A stretch of 36,164 bases of DNA from an uncultured Planctomycetales bacterium (GCA_964643675.1 CAZXTO010000002.1:1-36164), one strand, 5' to 3'. Shown: positions 14,352 to 23,327, numbered from the stretch's first letter. The notes: generated by a model from the sequence alone, not told the origin. Translations and numbers: made by a program.

Positions 14352-16835
14352 TCAGGGTAGCGGCCGCAGGCGGTGGAAGGCAGCCAAAGCGAGCGCGGTC
14401 CCGGCCGCCGGGCCGATGATCGGGTTGTCGGTGAAGCTGCCGTCCTGGTAGCGGGCGTTCAGGATGGCCTCCAGCAGCGGCCCGCGGTAGGCGACGCGCT
14501 GCTCGGCGGGCAGCCTCGCGACCGCGGCGGCGCAAGTGGCGTAGTCGAACATCAGGTAGTGCGAACCCTGCGCCTCGCGGCCGGCGTGCATCAGGCCCTT
14601 GCCCTGCTCCCGGCTCAGCTCCTCGAGGTGCTCCATGGCGATGTCGAGGCGCTCCCGCAGGTCCTCGAGGGTCTCGCGCCCGCCGGCGACCAGCGCGGTC
14701 GAGCACACCGGGCCGCGGCCGGCAGCGCCCGGTCGGCCGTTGCCGGTCTCGCGCGGGGCCTGGCCGGGCGAGGTCATGTACTCGAAGGTGCCGTTGGGGT
14801 TGCGCATCGCCTCGAGGCAGTCGAGGCCGGCGCGCGTGACGGCCGGCGGGAGCTCCACGCCGGCCTGCTCGGCGCGCAGGAGAGCGTGGAGCACGTAGGC
14901 CGTGGTGAAGCTGATCGACTGCGGCGCCGGCCGCGCTGCGCCTTCCAGCGAACCGCTCAGGTAGTAGCTCCAGCCGCCGCCGGGCTTCTGCTTGCCGGCG
15001 AGCTCGTCGGCGAGCGCGGCGGCGAGCTCGAGCAGGGCGGTCTCATCGCCGACTCCGGCGTCGACGCAGTCGAGCAGGAAGCCGAGCTCGGCCGCCTTGC
15101 TCCACGGCGTGTAGTCCATATAGAAGACCGGCGGCGTGCGCAGCAGCTCGCGCTCGCGGGCGGCGAACAGGAAGGCCAGCGCGCGCTCGGCGGCAGCGCC
15201 GGCGGGCGGATGCTGCTCGCGATAGGGCAGCAGCGCGCTGCCGGCGAGGGCGGTGTGGGCGATGCTGAACACGTCGTCGGTCACGTGGCGCATCCTGCTG
15301 AGCTCGGAGGGGCTGCCCCAGGAGCCGTCCTCCCGTTGGGAGCGCAGCAGCCAAGCCATCGCGCCGGCTTCGGCGCGCTGGGCCTCGGCCAAGGGCAGGG
15401 GCGCGGCCGGTTTCCAGGCCACGGCCGCGACGCGCTCCGGATCCGGCCAGGACAGGTCGGCGCCGAGGCCGGCTTCGAAGAAGGTGCTCTGGAGGAAGGC
15501 GGCGGCCTGCCAGGCCCAGCGGCTGTCGGGGCGATCGCGGGTCAAGCCGAGCCAGGCCGCGCGCGCGCCGTCGCCGTCGGCGGCCTGGAAGCGGCAGGCG
15601 CCGAGCAGGAAGCGGGCCTCGGCGACGTGCGAGGAAGCGGGCCGGGCGGCGATCAGCTCCCGGAGCAGGGCCTCGGCATCCGTCGAGCGGTCCATCCCGA
15701 TCAGGACCGTGGCCCGGACCACGGCGATGAGGTCGCGGAGCTCGTGCTCCTCCGCCCCGACGGCGGCGCCGGCCCGCGCCAGTTCGCGCAAGGCAGCCTC
15801 GCCGTTCATCGCGCGCCGGTGGGCCTTGGCTAGCTGGAGGGCGGAGCGGGCGCCGTCGCTGGGCGGCGCCTCCGCAGGCAACTCGATGTCGCCGGCGGCC
15901 AGGCCGCGCCGCAGAGCCGCCTCGAGGGTGAAGCTCTGGAGGTGGGAGTCAGCCGCCAGGATGCGGCCGTCGGGGTGGGCCACCAGCACCGCCTGGCCGA
16001 AGGTCGAGCCGCCCATGCCATAGACCTCGGCCGACCGGAACGGAGCTTCGGTGGCGCGGCTGAGCCGCAGCGGCACGAAGTGGGCGCGACCGAGCGCGAC
16101 CACCTCTTCGTCCATCAGCGGGCCGGAGATGACCGCGTCGCTCATCTCGAAGCCGGGGTAGAAGCGGGCGTAGAGCAGCACCAGCTTGCCCTGCTCCCGG
16201 GCGCGGGCTGCGGCGGTCTTCCAGTCGGGAGCCCAGTCCCACTCGCTGCCGCAGCGCGCGGCGAGGGCGCGGAGCTGCTGGTCCTCGGCGGCCTCGCCCT
16301 CGAGCGGGATCAGCGCGAAGCCGTCGAAGAACGGCGTAAACCCAGGAGTGAATTCCGCGAACTGCTCGGCCGGCGCGTGCTCCTGCAGGGTGTAGCGGTA
16401 GCCGTTCCCGACCAGGGCGTAGTGGCGGGCGCGGTACTCCACCCCTTCCGCCCGCGTCAGGAGCTCGACGCCCGGCGCCGCGCGGCCGGCGATCTGGCGC
16501 TCGATCCGTTCGATCCCGGAGTGCTGCTCCTGGCCGCTCAGGTTGGCGACCAGGGTCGCGCAATAATCCGAGGGGTCCTCCGGAGCGGTATTCGGCGCGA
16601 TCCGCAGCGTGAACTGGGCCGCGCCGCCGCCCTCGGCAGGCGCCAGGACCAGGGCGTACCCGCTGCCGGGCTCGCCCTGCTCCTGGAGGCTCCAGCCCTC
16701 GGGCACGGCCGGGAGCGCGAAGCCGGCGGCGGGGCGCCGCAGCGCGTCTTCGGCGGGCGGGGCGTCCTGGCCGACGGCGGCGCTGCCGAGGGAGAAGCAA
16801 GCCAGGGAGAGCAGCAGGGCAGGGAGAGAACGCAT
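14352..16835 (-). CDS. Secreted multidomain protein: thioredoxin-like fold without CxxC + helical repeats + prenyltransferase/squalene-oxidase (alpha-alpha toroid) repeats, 827 aa
   Basis: The start is MRSLPALLLSLACFSLGSAAVGQ at 16835. Track ORF residues 1-58 upstream have no signal-peptide logic. The QW-like repeat AMAWLLRSQREDGSWG and GKQKPGGGWSYY are typical of prenyltransferase-like repeats. KLVLLYARFYPGFEMSD looks like a thioredoxin-fold site lacking the cysteines. Confidence 0.75.
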   Translation of the reverse strand: MRSLPALLLSLACFSLGSAAVGQDAPPAEDALRRPAAGFALPAVPEGWSLQEQGEPGSGYALVLAPAEGGGAAQFTLRIAPNTAPEDPSDYCATLVANLSGQEQHSGIERIERQIAGRAAPGVELLTRAEGVEYRARHYALVGNGYRYTLQEHAPAEQFAEFTPGFTPFFDGFALIPLEGEAAEDQQLRALAARCGSEWDWAPDWKTAAARAREQGKLVLLYARFYPGFEMSDAVISGPLMDEEVVALGRAHFVPLRLSRATEAPFRSAEVYGMGGSTFGQAVLVAHPDGRILAADSHLQSFTLEAALRRGLAAGDIELPAEAPPSDGARSALQLAKAHRRAMNGEAALRELARAGAAVGAEEHELRDLIAVVRATVLIGMDRSTDAEALLRELIAARPASSHVAEARFLLGACRFQAADGDGARAAWLGLTRDRPDSRWAWQAAAFLQSTFFEAGLGADLSWPDPERVAAVAWKPAAPLPLAEAQRAEAGAMAWLLRSQREDGSWGSPSELSRMRHVTDDVFSIAHTALAGSALLPYREQHPPAGAAAERALAFLFAARERELLRTPPVFYMDYTPWSKAAELGFLLDCVDAGVGDETALLELAAALADELAGKQKPGGGWSYYLSGSLEGAARPAPQSISFTTAYVLHALLRAEQAGVELPPAVTRAGLDCLEAMRNPNGTFEYMTSPGQAPRETGNGRPGAAGRGPVCSTALVAGGRETLEDLRERLDIAMEHLEELSREQGKGLMHAGREAQGSHYLMFDYATCAAAVARLPAEQRVAYRGPLLEAILNARYQDGSFTDNPIIGPAAGTALALAAFHRLRPLP

Positions 16836-16905
16836 GATTCGACGAGCCAGCGACGTCAGAGTAACCGTGGCCCCCGCCGCCGGGGCCCCGATCGACCGCT
16901 TTCCG

Positions 16906-17802
16906 ATGAACACCGTTCCGCAACAATCTCGCCGCCGACCGTGGGGGTGGCTGCTCGGAATCGTCCTGCTGATGATCGCGCTCATCGCTGGGGTCTTGGT
17001 TGCCTCCATCCTGGATCGACGCGCTCAACACGAGGAGGCGGAGCGTCTTTGGAGTCGAGTGGAAGGGGAGTTGCACCGCCTCCCGGATCGGGGGACGGTC
17101 GATGTCGGGTTCGAAACCGCCTTCCCGGATCGGGAGGCCCTGCTCGATTGGGCGGCGCAGGGGCCAGGGAGTCGATCCGCGATCGCCCACAGTTTCTTCG
17201 GAACCGATCGCTCCACCTTCTTCGCACACCATGAGCTGTTGGACGAGCTGCTCGCGGAGCCAGGGCTCGGCCCTGAGGAACTGAAGGCGGTCGAACGCGC
17301 TGCCGGTGAATTCCGCAGGAGTGCCATCCTGATCGAGGTCCTCTCCTGCTGCCTCCTCGCCGACGACCTGCTGATCGCGGTCGATGAGGGGCGGTTGGAT
17401 CGAGAGCTGCTGGCCGATCTCGAGATCCTCCCGGAGCTGGAGGACATCCGCTTGGCCTTCCTGGTCGAGGCGGTGACCAGTTGGGAAGCCGTTCGGGACG
17501 CGGCCGCCTCGGCTGCCACGGGCGGCCAGGCGATTCCCTTCCTCGAAGACGACCTGGATGCCTTCCGACTCCACGTCGCCGAGCGGACGCTGGCGGCCGT
17601 TGATGCCGACGACTTCCTGCAGCTCAAGGAGACTCTCGCGGCCAGGGAGAACGACCTCGAGCGGAAGAGACGATCTCCCAGCTTCTGGACGATGTTGTTC
17701 GGTGACCAACTCCTGGATGGCCTCGTCCACGCGGAGTATGCCCGGGTGATCGAGCGGCTGATCGAGGCCCATCAGGCCTGGGAGGCCGGAATCGCCCATT
17801 GA
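16906..17802 (+). CDS. Hypothetical single-pass membrane-anchored protein, 298 aa
   Basis: ATG 16906 is in frame with track ORF 16609..17802 and is the first start clear of the divergent gene. MNTVPQQSRRRPWGWLLGIVLLMIALIAGVLVASIL is an N-in anchor, followed by an acidic helical domain. I recognise no family. The next gene starts 4 nt after its stop. Confidence 0.55.
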   Translation: MNTVPQQSRRRPWGWLLGIVLLMIALIAGVLVASILDRRAQHEEAERLWSRVEGELHRLPDRGTVDVGFETAFPDREALLDWAAQGPGSRSAIAHSFFGTDRSTFFAHHELLDELLAEPGLGPEELKAVERAAGEFRRSAILIEVLSCCLLADDLLIAVDEGRLDRELLADLEILPELEDIRLAFLVEAVTSWEAVRDAAASAATGGQAIPFLEDDLDAFRLHVAERTLAAVDADDFLQLKETLAARENDLERKRRSPSFWTMLFGDQLLDGLVHAEYARVIERLIEAHQAWEAGIAH

Positions 17803-17806
17803 TAGC

Positions 17807-20086
17807 ATGGCTCGAACCATGCTTGGAACCGCCCTCTTCCTCGCCCTGGGGGCTCAGGTCCCGGTCGCCGACGGCGCCGACCTCCTCCCCGTGTACCTCA
17901 GCGGGCGTTGGGGCCACGTCGATCTGGCAGGGGAGGCCGTCGCGCCCTTCCGTTACACGATGGCGCGGGCCTTCCGAGAGGGCTTGGCGGGGGTGCGCGA
18001 CGAGCAGGGTTGGCACTTCGTGCGGCCGGACGGCGCGCGGGCCTTCGAGGGGGACTTCGTGGCGGTGCGCGATTTCCGCGAAGGCCGGGCGGCGGCGGCG
18101 GTCGACACCGCGGACAAGGAGCGCTGGGGCCTCCTCGCCGCGGATGGTTCGTGGATCGGCGAGGGCCCGGTCTGGCTCGAGGTGGGGGATTTCGCGGAGG
18201 GGCTGGCCCCGGTGCGGGACGCGACCCGCGCCGGCTATCTCGACCTTGCCGGTGCCTTGGTGCGGAGCTGGCGCTTCGCCGGCGGCCTCCCTTCGGGCTA
18301 CCACGACGGCAAGGCGGCCCACGACGAGATCCGGATCGGCGTCGGGGTCGGCGGCGGCAGCACCGGCGTCGCCACCGACCGCGAAGGGGGCGTCCTGTTC
18401 GAGGTCGAGGGTGGGCTCCGTCGCCTGCCGCAGGGCTTCCTCCACGAGCACGCCGACGGTCGCGTGCGGCTGCTCGATGACTCCGGTCAGCCGGCCCACG
18501 AGGGTTGGTTCGACGCCGCGGTGCTCCCCGCCGAGCCGGGCCCGGTGCCGGTCCGCGCCGGCGAGTTCTGGGCCTACTTCGACCTCGCGCGCGGCGAGGT
18601 GGTCGGCGCCGGCTACACCGAGGCCTACGCCTTCTCCGGCGGCTTCGCCGCCGCCCGCGAGGGGGACGGTCCCTTCGGCTACCTCGGTCCGGACTTCCGC
18701 TGGCGAATCGAGCCCGCCTTCAGCCAGGCGGCCGACTTCCGCGACGGCCGCGGTCAGGTCAAGCTCGGCGACGAGGTGTGCTGGATCGACGAGGCCGGCG
18801 AGCTGATCTGGAACCCTCAGCTCGCGCCAGCGCAGGACTGGGAGCTCGCGATCGCCGACCTGCGGCGCGGCGAAGTGGTCGGGGAGCTCGAGGTCATGGG
18901 CAGCGATGAAGCCGAGCCGATCACGCTCGGCGAGGCGGTCGGGGTCTACCGCAACCGCCAGGCCGCCCTCATTCACGCCCGCACCCGCGCCGGCGCCGAG
19001 GTGGTGCTCGACGCCGGCGTCGACACCGAGCCCCACTTCGTCTACGCCTTCGACCTGTCCTGGTTCACCGTCGGGGTCCGCGCAGTCTTCGAGGACTTCC
19101 TGCTGGTCGAGGAGGACCTGCCGGCCGCCGCCCGCGCCGCCTTCTCCGGCGACGATCTGGCCGCCCTGCTCGAGGTCAACAACGAGCGCATCGCCCGCGA
19201 CCTGAGCCTGCACCGGATCCTGGTGCGCGACCTGCCGGCCGCCGAAGGCCGGCTGCGGGTCGACCCGCCCAAGTTCTACGACTGCCGGGTCCTGACCGGC
19301 GCCGCCCCGGTCGAGCTGCACCTGATCGGCCCCAGGGAGTCCCCGCCCGACCGCCCCGAGGACCTGCTGCCGGTGCCCTTCGACGACGGCAGCGGGGCGG
19401 TGAGCTATTGGAGCCCGGTGGACTTCGGCGCCGCCTTCGAGGGCGAGTTCGAGGAGGGGCGGCCCTACTCCGAGGGCCTCGCCGCGGTCCGGCGCGGCGG
19501 CCGCTTCGGCTTCATCGACCTCGAGGGCCGGATGGTGATCGAGCCGCGCTTCGCCAACACCTCCGCCTTCTCGGAGGGCTGGTGCGTGGTGGCCGACGCC
19601 GACACCGGCCTGCTCGGCTACGTCGACCGCGACGGCCGCCTGGCGCTGCCTTGCCGCTATCAGGCGGTCGGCGACTTCCATCAGGGCCGGGCGATGATCC
19701 GGCGCGACGGCGCGTGGGGCTTCCTCGGCCGCGACGGCGAGATCGCGATCACGCCGGCCTACCAGGCGGTCGGCCACTTCGCCTCCGGCCTGGCCCCCTT
19801 TCAGCTCGACGGCAAGGTCGGCTACCTCGGCCTCGACGGTGCCATCGTGGTGCCGGCGCAGTACCAGAGCGGCACCAGCCACGTCGAAGGCCTGGCCACC
19901 GCCGTGGCCGAGGACGGCACCCTGCACTACCTCGACGCCGCCGGCCGCAGCGTGATCTCCGGGCCGTGGAGCTTCGCCAGCGACTTCCTCGACGGCCTCG
20001 CCCTGGTCCAGGAGGCGGACACCCAGCGGTGGTCGCTGATCGACCGGGCCGGTGAGAAGCAGGCCACGGTGGTCGAGGTGGAGTAG
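17807..20086 (+). CDS. Secreted WG-repeat (KWG-type beta-repeat) protein with a central non-repeat insert, 759 aa
   Basis: A signal peptide is present. There are many W-G-(F/Y/L)-(I/L/V)-D..G units followed by F..(V/A).DF.EGLA, e.g. GRFGFIDLEGRMVIEPRFANTSAFSEGW and GAWGFLGRDGEIAITPAYQAVGHFASGLA. Residues ~340-510 lack the repeat. Confidence 0.85.
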   Translation: MARTMLGTALFLALGAQVPVADGADLLPVYLSGRWGHVDLAGEAVAPFRYTMARAFREGLAGVRDEQGWHFVRPDGARAFEGDFVAVRDFREGRAAAAVDTADKERWGLLAADGSWIGEGPVWLEVGDFAEGLAPVRDATRAGYLDLAGALVRSWRFAGGLPSGYHDGKAAHDEIRIGVGVGGGSTGVATDREGGVLFEVEGGLRRLPQGFLHEHADGRVRLLDDSGQPAHEGWFDAAVLPAEPGPVPVRAGEFWAYFDLARGEVVGAGYTEAYAFSGGFAAAREGDGPFGYLGPDFRWRIEPAFSQAADFRDGRGQVKLGDEVCWIDEAGELIWNPQLAPAQDWELAIADLRRGEVVGELEVMGSDEAEPITLGEAVGVYRNRQAALIHARTRAGAEVVLDAGVDTEPHFVYAFDLSWFTVGVRAVFEDFLLVEEDLPAAARAAFSGDDLAALLEVNNERIARDLSLHRILVRDLPAAEGRLRVDPPKFYDCRVLTGAAPVELHLIGPRESPPDRPEDLLPVPFDDGSGAVSYWSPVDFGAAFEGEFEEGRPYSEGLAAVRRGGRFGFIDLEGRMVIEPRFANTSAFSEGWCVVADADTGLLGYVDRDGRLALPCRYQAVGDFHQGRAMIRRDGAWGFLGRDGEIAITPAYQAVGHFASGLAPFQLDGKVGYLGLDGAIVVPAQYQSGTSHVEGLATAVAEDGTLHYLDAAGRSVISGPWSFASDFLDGLALVQEADTQRWSLIDRAGEKQATVVEVE

Positions 20087-20093
20087 CTCCACC
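20077..20093. terminator. Small hairpin over the WG-repeat gene stop at a convergent junction
   Basis: GGTGGAG-TAG-CTCCACC forms a 7-bp stem whose 3-nt loop is the TAG stop codon. It lies 11 nt from the stop of the convergent ceramidase-like gene. Weak evidence. Confidence 0.2.
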
Positions 20094-20103
20094 CGCGGCG
20101 CGA

Positions 20104-20877
20104 TCACCGAGCTGGCCGCTGGAGCGCTTCCTCCGGGTGAGCTGGAAGCGCGGCGAGGAAGGCGAATCCTGCCGCTCCCGCGAACAGGTGCTTCAAGGCG
20201 TGACCGGTGAGCGATCCCGGCAGGAGCTCCGCCAGCGGCCGGTCGAGCAGCTCGCAGGCCTTGGCCACCAGGTAGAGCGCCAGCATCAGCCACAGGGCGC
20301 CGCCCCGCAGCGTGCGGGGTGGCCAGCGCAGCAGGATCCAGGGCGTCATCAGGATCGGCAGGTACTGGACCAGCGCGTAGTAGCGCAGGTCGCCGGCTCC
20401 CGACGCCTCGCTGCGCACCCAGTGCAGGACGCTGAGCGCTCCGGCGGCGACCGCGATCGGCAGCAGCGCGCGGGCCAGCCGCGGCGCGAGGCAGTCGCCG
20501 ATCAGGGCGGTGAACAGCGCCATGAAGGCGATCGTCATCGGCAGCCGGTCCCAGGCCAGGCTGAGGTTGGTGGGGGCGTAGTGGTAGGCCCCCGAGCCGA
20601 CCCCGGTCAGGATCAGGCCGAGGAAGAACACCGCTTCGGTCGGCCGCGCCTGCCAGCCGCCGCCCCGGCCCAGCCGGGCCAGGCCGAGCAGGCCTGGCAG
20701 CACGAAGGCCAGGTTGGTGAGCACGTTGCCCGCGTGCGGGAGGCCCCAGAGTTCGCCGGTGGGGGCGAAGTCGTGGTAGGCCGGGTCCTGGGCCAGCGGC
20801 GGTAGGAGCTGCAGGATCGCCAGCGCCAGCACCCAGGGGAAGGCCAGGGTCCATCCGGCCAGCGCAGCCTTGCTCAT
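20104..20877 (-). CDS. Alkaline-ceramidase-like (CREST superfamily) 7-TM membrane hydrolase, 257 aa
   Basis: The start is MSKAALAGW at 20877, 11 nt after the sulfatase stop. The upstream 43 track codons are R-rich junk overlapping the sulfatase. There are seven hydrophobic segments. GSGAYHYAPTNLSLAWDRLPM and the C-terminal H-x3-H (GHALKHL) match my recollection of bacterial ceramidase-domain proteins. Confidence 0.6.
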   Translation of the reverse strand: MSKAALAGWTLAFPWVLALAILQLLPPLAQDPAYHDFAPTGELWGLPHAGNVLTNLAFVLPGLLGLARLGRGGGWQARPTEAVFFLGLILTGVGSGAYHYAPTNLSLAWDRLPMTIAFMALFTALIGDCLAPRLARALLPIAVAAGALSVLHWVRSEASGAGDLRYYALVQYLPILMTPWILLRWPPRTLRGGALWLMLALYLVAKACELLDRPLAELLPGSLTGHALKHLFAGAAGFAFLAALPAHPEEALQRPAR

Positions 20878-20888
20878 GCGGCGCCGCC

Positions 20889-22406
20889 TCAGCGGCCGGG
20901 GTAGTTCGGCCCCAGCAGGGTCGGCCCTTCGCGCACCGCTGGCGCGCCGTCCTCCACCCAGCCTTCGCCGCGGGGGGCGAGGTGCTCGGCCATCCGGCCG
21001 CGCCACTCCAACAGGACCTCGGCGTACTCCGGGTCAGCGGCGAGGTCCTTCGTCTCCTGCGGGTCGGTGGCCAGGTCGAAGAGCTGCTCCTTCCCCTCCG
21101 GCGCGAACCAGATGTACTTCCAGCGGGCGTCGGTCAGCGCGGTCCAGTTGTTGCCCTTCCAGTAGCAGGTGGAGTGCTCCAGATCGAGCAGCTGCCGCCA
21201 AGGGGGACCGGTGCCGCGCACCGGATCGAACAGGCTGCGACCCTCGACCGTCTCGGGGACCGGCGCGCCGGCGACGTCGAGGAAGGTGGGCAGCAGGTCG
21301 CGCAGCTCGACCAGCTCGGGGCGGGTCTGGCCGCGCTCGGCCTCGAGGACCTGCTCGCCCCAGGAGAGCAGCATCGGCACGCCGGCCGAACCCTCGTAGG
21401 CGTAGGTCTTCCGCCACAGGTGGTGATCTCCGAGCATGTCGCCGTGGTCCGAGGTGAACAGGATCACGGTGTGCTCGAGCATGCCGCGGCGCTCGAGGGT
21501 TCCGAGGATGCGGCCGACCTGCTCGTCGATGAAGGCGATGCTGGCGGCGTAGGCGCGGCGCGAGGCCTGGGTAGTCTCGGCGCCGAGCTTGTTGCGGGCG
21601 GCGTTCCATTGGTCGGGTTGGTGGAAGCTGCCGTGGTCGGCTTCGGACCACGGCCCGGCGGCGAAGCGCGGCAACGTCTCGGGGGCCACCGCGTCGAGGA
21701 GGCGCTGTGGCGGATCGTAGGGGCTGTGCGGGCGGGCGAAGCTGACCTTGAGGAAGAAGGGCTGGTCGCGGTCGTAGCCCTCGAGGAAGGCCACCGCGCG
21801 GTCGCCGGTCCAGCGGGTGGGGTGGAGGCGCTCGTCGAGCACGTAGGCCTTGGCCGGGTAGTCGTTCCAGCCGACCCCGGTGGCGTCGGGGTCGAGATCG
21901 GGCGCGGTCTCGCGGAACCAGCGTCGGTAGTCGGACTCGAAGTCTTCGCTCTGGACCCGCCCCGATTCGTCCAGCTCGGCGCCGCGGTAGCCGTGCAGGT
22001 TGCGCTGCGGGTGGAAGTGGTTCTTGCCGATCGCGTAGGGGTAGTAGCCGGCGGCGTCCATCAGCCGCGGCAGCTCGTGCGGGTACTCCGGCGCGACCCG
22101 CGAGTAGCCGAGCATGCCGTGCCCCCAGGGGGATTGGCCGGTCAGCACCGCCGCGCGGGCGGGGGTGCAGGAGGGCGTCGAGCTGTAGGCGCGGGCGAAG
22201 CGCACCCCTTCGGCGGCGAGGCGATCGAGGTTCGGGCTGTGGACCGCCGCGTTGCCCGCGCAGCCGAGGAAGTCGCCGCGCATCTGGTCCGCCATCAGGA
22301 ACAGGATGTGCGGGCGCTCGGGACCGGCGTCGGCGGTCGCCGGCGGCCCCTGGGCCGATTGGGCGACGGAGCAGGCCGCGAAGAGCAGGAGGAAGGCCGC
22401 GGGCAT
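20889..22406 (-). CDS. Secreted Cys-type sulfatase, 505 aa
   Basis: Signal peptide MPAAFLLLFAACSVAQS. Sulfatase blocks: HILFLMADQMRGD, SCTPARAAVLTGQSPWGHG (C-x-P-x-R), SDHGDMLGDH. Confidence 0.9.
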   Translation of the reverse strand: MPAAFLLLFAACSVAQSAQGPPATADAGPERPHILFLMADQMRGDFLGCAGNAAVHSPNLDRLAAEGVRFARAYSSTPSCTPARAAVLTGQSPWGHGMLGYSRVAPEYPHELPRLMDAAGYYPYAIGKNHFHPQRNLHGYRGAELDESGRVQSEDFESDYRRWFRETAPDLDPDATGVGWNDYPAKAYVLDERLHPTRWTGDRAVAFLEGYDRDQPFFLKVSFARPHSPYDPPQRLLDAVAPETLPRFAAGPWSEADHGSFHQPDQWNAARNKLGAETTQASRRAYAASIAFIDEQVGRILGTLERRGMLEHTVILFTSDHGDMLGDHHLWRKTYAYEGSAGVPMLLSWGEQVLEAERGQTRPELVELRDLLPTFLDVAGAPVPETVEGRSLFDPVRGTGPPWRQLLDLEHSTCYWKGNNWTALTDARWKYIWFAPEGKEQLFDLATDPQETKDLAADPEYAEVLLEWRGRMAEHLAPRGEGWVEDGAPAVREGPTLLGPNYPGR

Positions 22407-22460
22407 GGGACCAGCCTAACGGGCGCGGCAGCTAGGCTGTTGCTGCTAGGCTGACCGGCG
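22407..22460. promoter_or_regulatory. Divergent promoter region with three TAGGCT boxes
   Basis: The minus strand reads TAGGCT (complement of 22413..22418), then 6 nt, then ATG 22406. The plus strand has TAGGCT at 22433..22438 and at 22447..22452; the latter is followed by 8 nt and ATG 22461. GCTAGGCTG is directly repeated with a 14-nt period. Confidence 0.35.
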
Positions 22461-23327
22461 ATGCGGAGAGCGGGGTGGCTCTTGAGGTCGGTCTTCACGG
22501 TCGGCGTGATCGCAGTGTTGCTGGCTGCGGTGCTCGTGACCGATGCCTGTTCCCTCCGCGCGCGCAAGGCGGAGTTCGAGCGCGCCATGGGGCCGGTCCG
22601 TGACTACTGCGCCGACCATCGTGAGCTCGGCAGCGTCGACGCCCAGCTCCTCCACCCGGCCAGGTCGCTCGCGGACCTGCGGTCCTGGCCGGCCAGGTAC
22701 CCGCAGGTCCGGGTGAAGATCGTCGGCCACTGGGTCGGTCCCTTCGGGGAGCCGGAGTGGCTGGAGATGGTGGACTTCGTGAAGGAGCACTTCCGGTCCG
22801 GCCGACCGGAGGAGTCCGATGCGATCCTCGTGATGGAGATGGCCGCGGTCAGTCGGGAGTCCGGCGGCCTGCTGCCCTTGATGTGGTCCCGGATCCTGGA
22901 GGAGGCGGTCTTGGGGGCGATCCAGGAGGGCCGCCTGGTGCCCGCGGACTCCGCGACCTTCCAAGGATGGGCGACGCCGGCCGACCTCGCCGGAGCCATG
23001 GCGGGCGAGACCGTGGTCGGCGAGGAGATGGTGAAGGGGAGGACCGGGTGGCAGGAAGCGCTGCTCGAGCGCGAGACCTACCGGGCCTTGATTCGGAACG
23101 CCGACCTGGCCGCGCGATTGCTCCGGGAGGCGCGAACGGCCGCGGGAGTTCGGCGCGCGGTGGAGGAGCACGTCGCCGTGCACCCGCCGTGGGAGGAACC
23201 CTTCTGGTCTCGGCAGTTGCAGGCCGGCGTCGGTCCCGTGCCGCCTTCGAACGTCCTCGAGATGTGCGATCGCCTGGAGCAGCACGACCGGGCGTGGCGG
23301 GCGGTGCTGGGCCAAGGCGGCGACTAG
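22461..23327 (+). CDS. Hypothetical membrane-anchored protein, 288 aa
   Basis: ORF track. The N-terminal anchor is WLLRSVFTVGVIAVLLAAVLV, followed by a soluble domain with no family I recognise. GC-rich third positions are consistent with real coding. Confidence 0.55.
   Translation: MRRAGWLLRSVFTVGVIAVLLAAVLVTDACSLRARKAEFERAMGPVRDYCADHRELGSVDAQLLHPARSLADLRSWPARYPQVRVKIVGHWVGPFGEPEWLEMVDFVKEHFRSGRPEESDAILVMEMAAVSRESGGLLPLMWSRILEEAVLGAIQEGRLVPADSATFQGWATPADLAGAMAGETVVGEEMVKGRTGWQEALLERETYRALIRNADLAARLLREARTAAGVRRAVEEHVAVHPPWEEPFWSRQLQAGVGPVPPSNVLEMCDRLEQHDRAWRAVLGQGGD

Noticed and set aside
14344-14706. N-terminal extensions of track ORFs: 14344..14706, 16836..17009, 20878..21006, 27355..27540, 22757..23338, 16609..16905, 10513..10533
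   Set aside because: The extensions overlap the preceding gene or the divergent gene and are R/P/G-rich. They also precede an internal Met that gives a proper signal peptide, lipobox or conserved N-terminus, usually with a tight junction to the upstream stop.
17624-20854. Track ORF of 1076 aa on the minus strand
   Set aside because: It lies antisense to the WG-repeat gene and out of frame across the ceramidase-like gene. The composition is R/P/G/A-rich with no recognisable domain.
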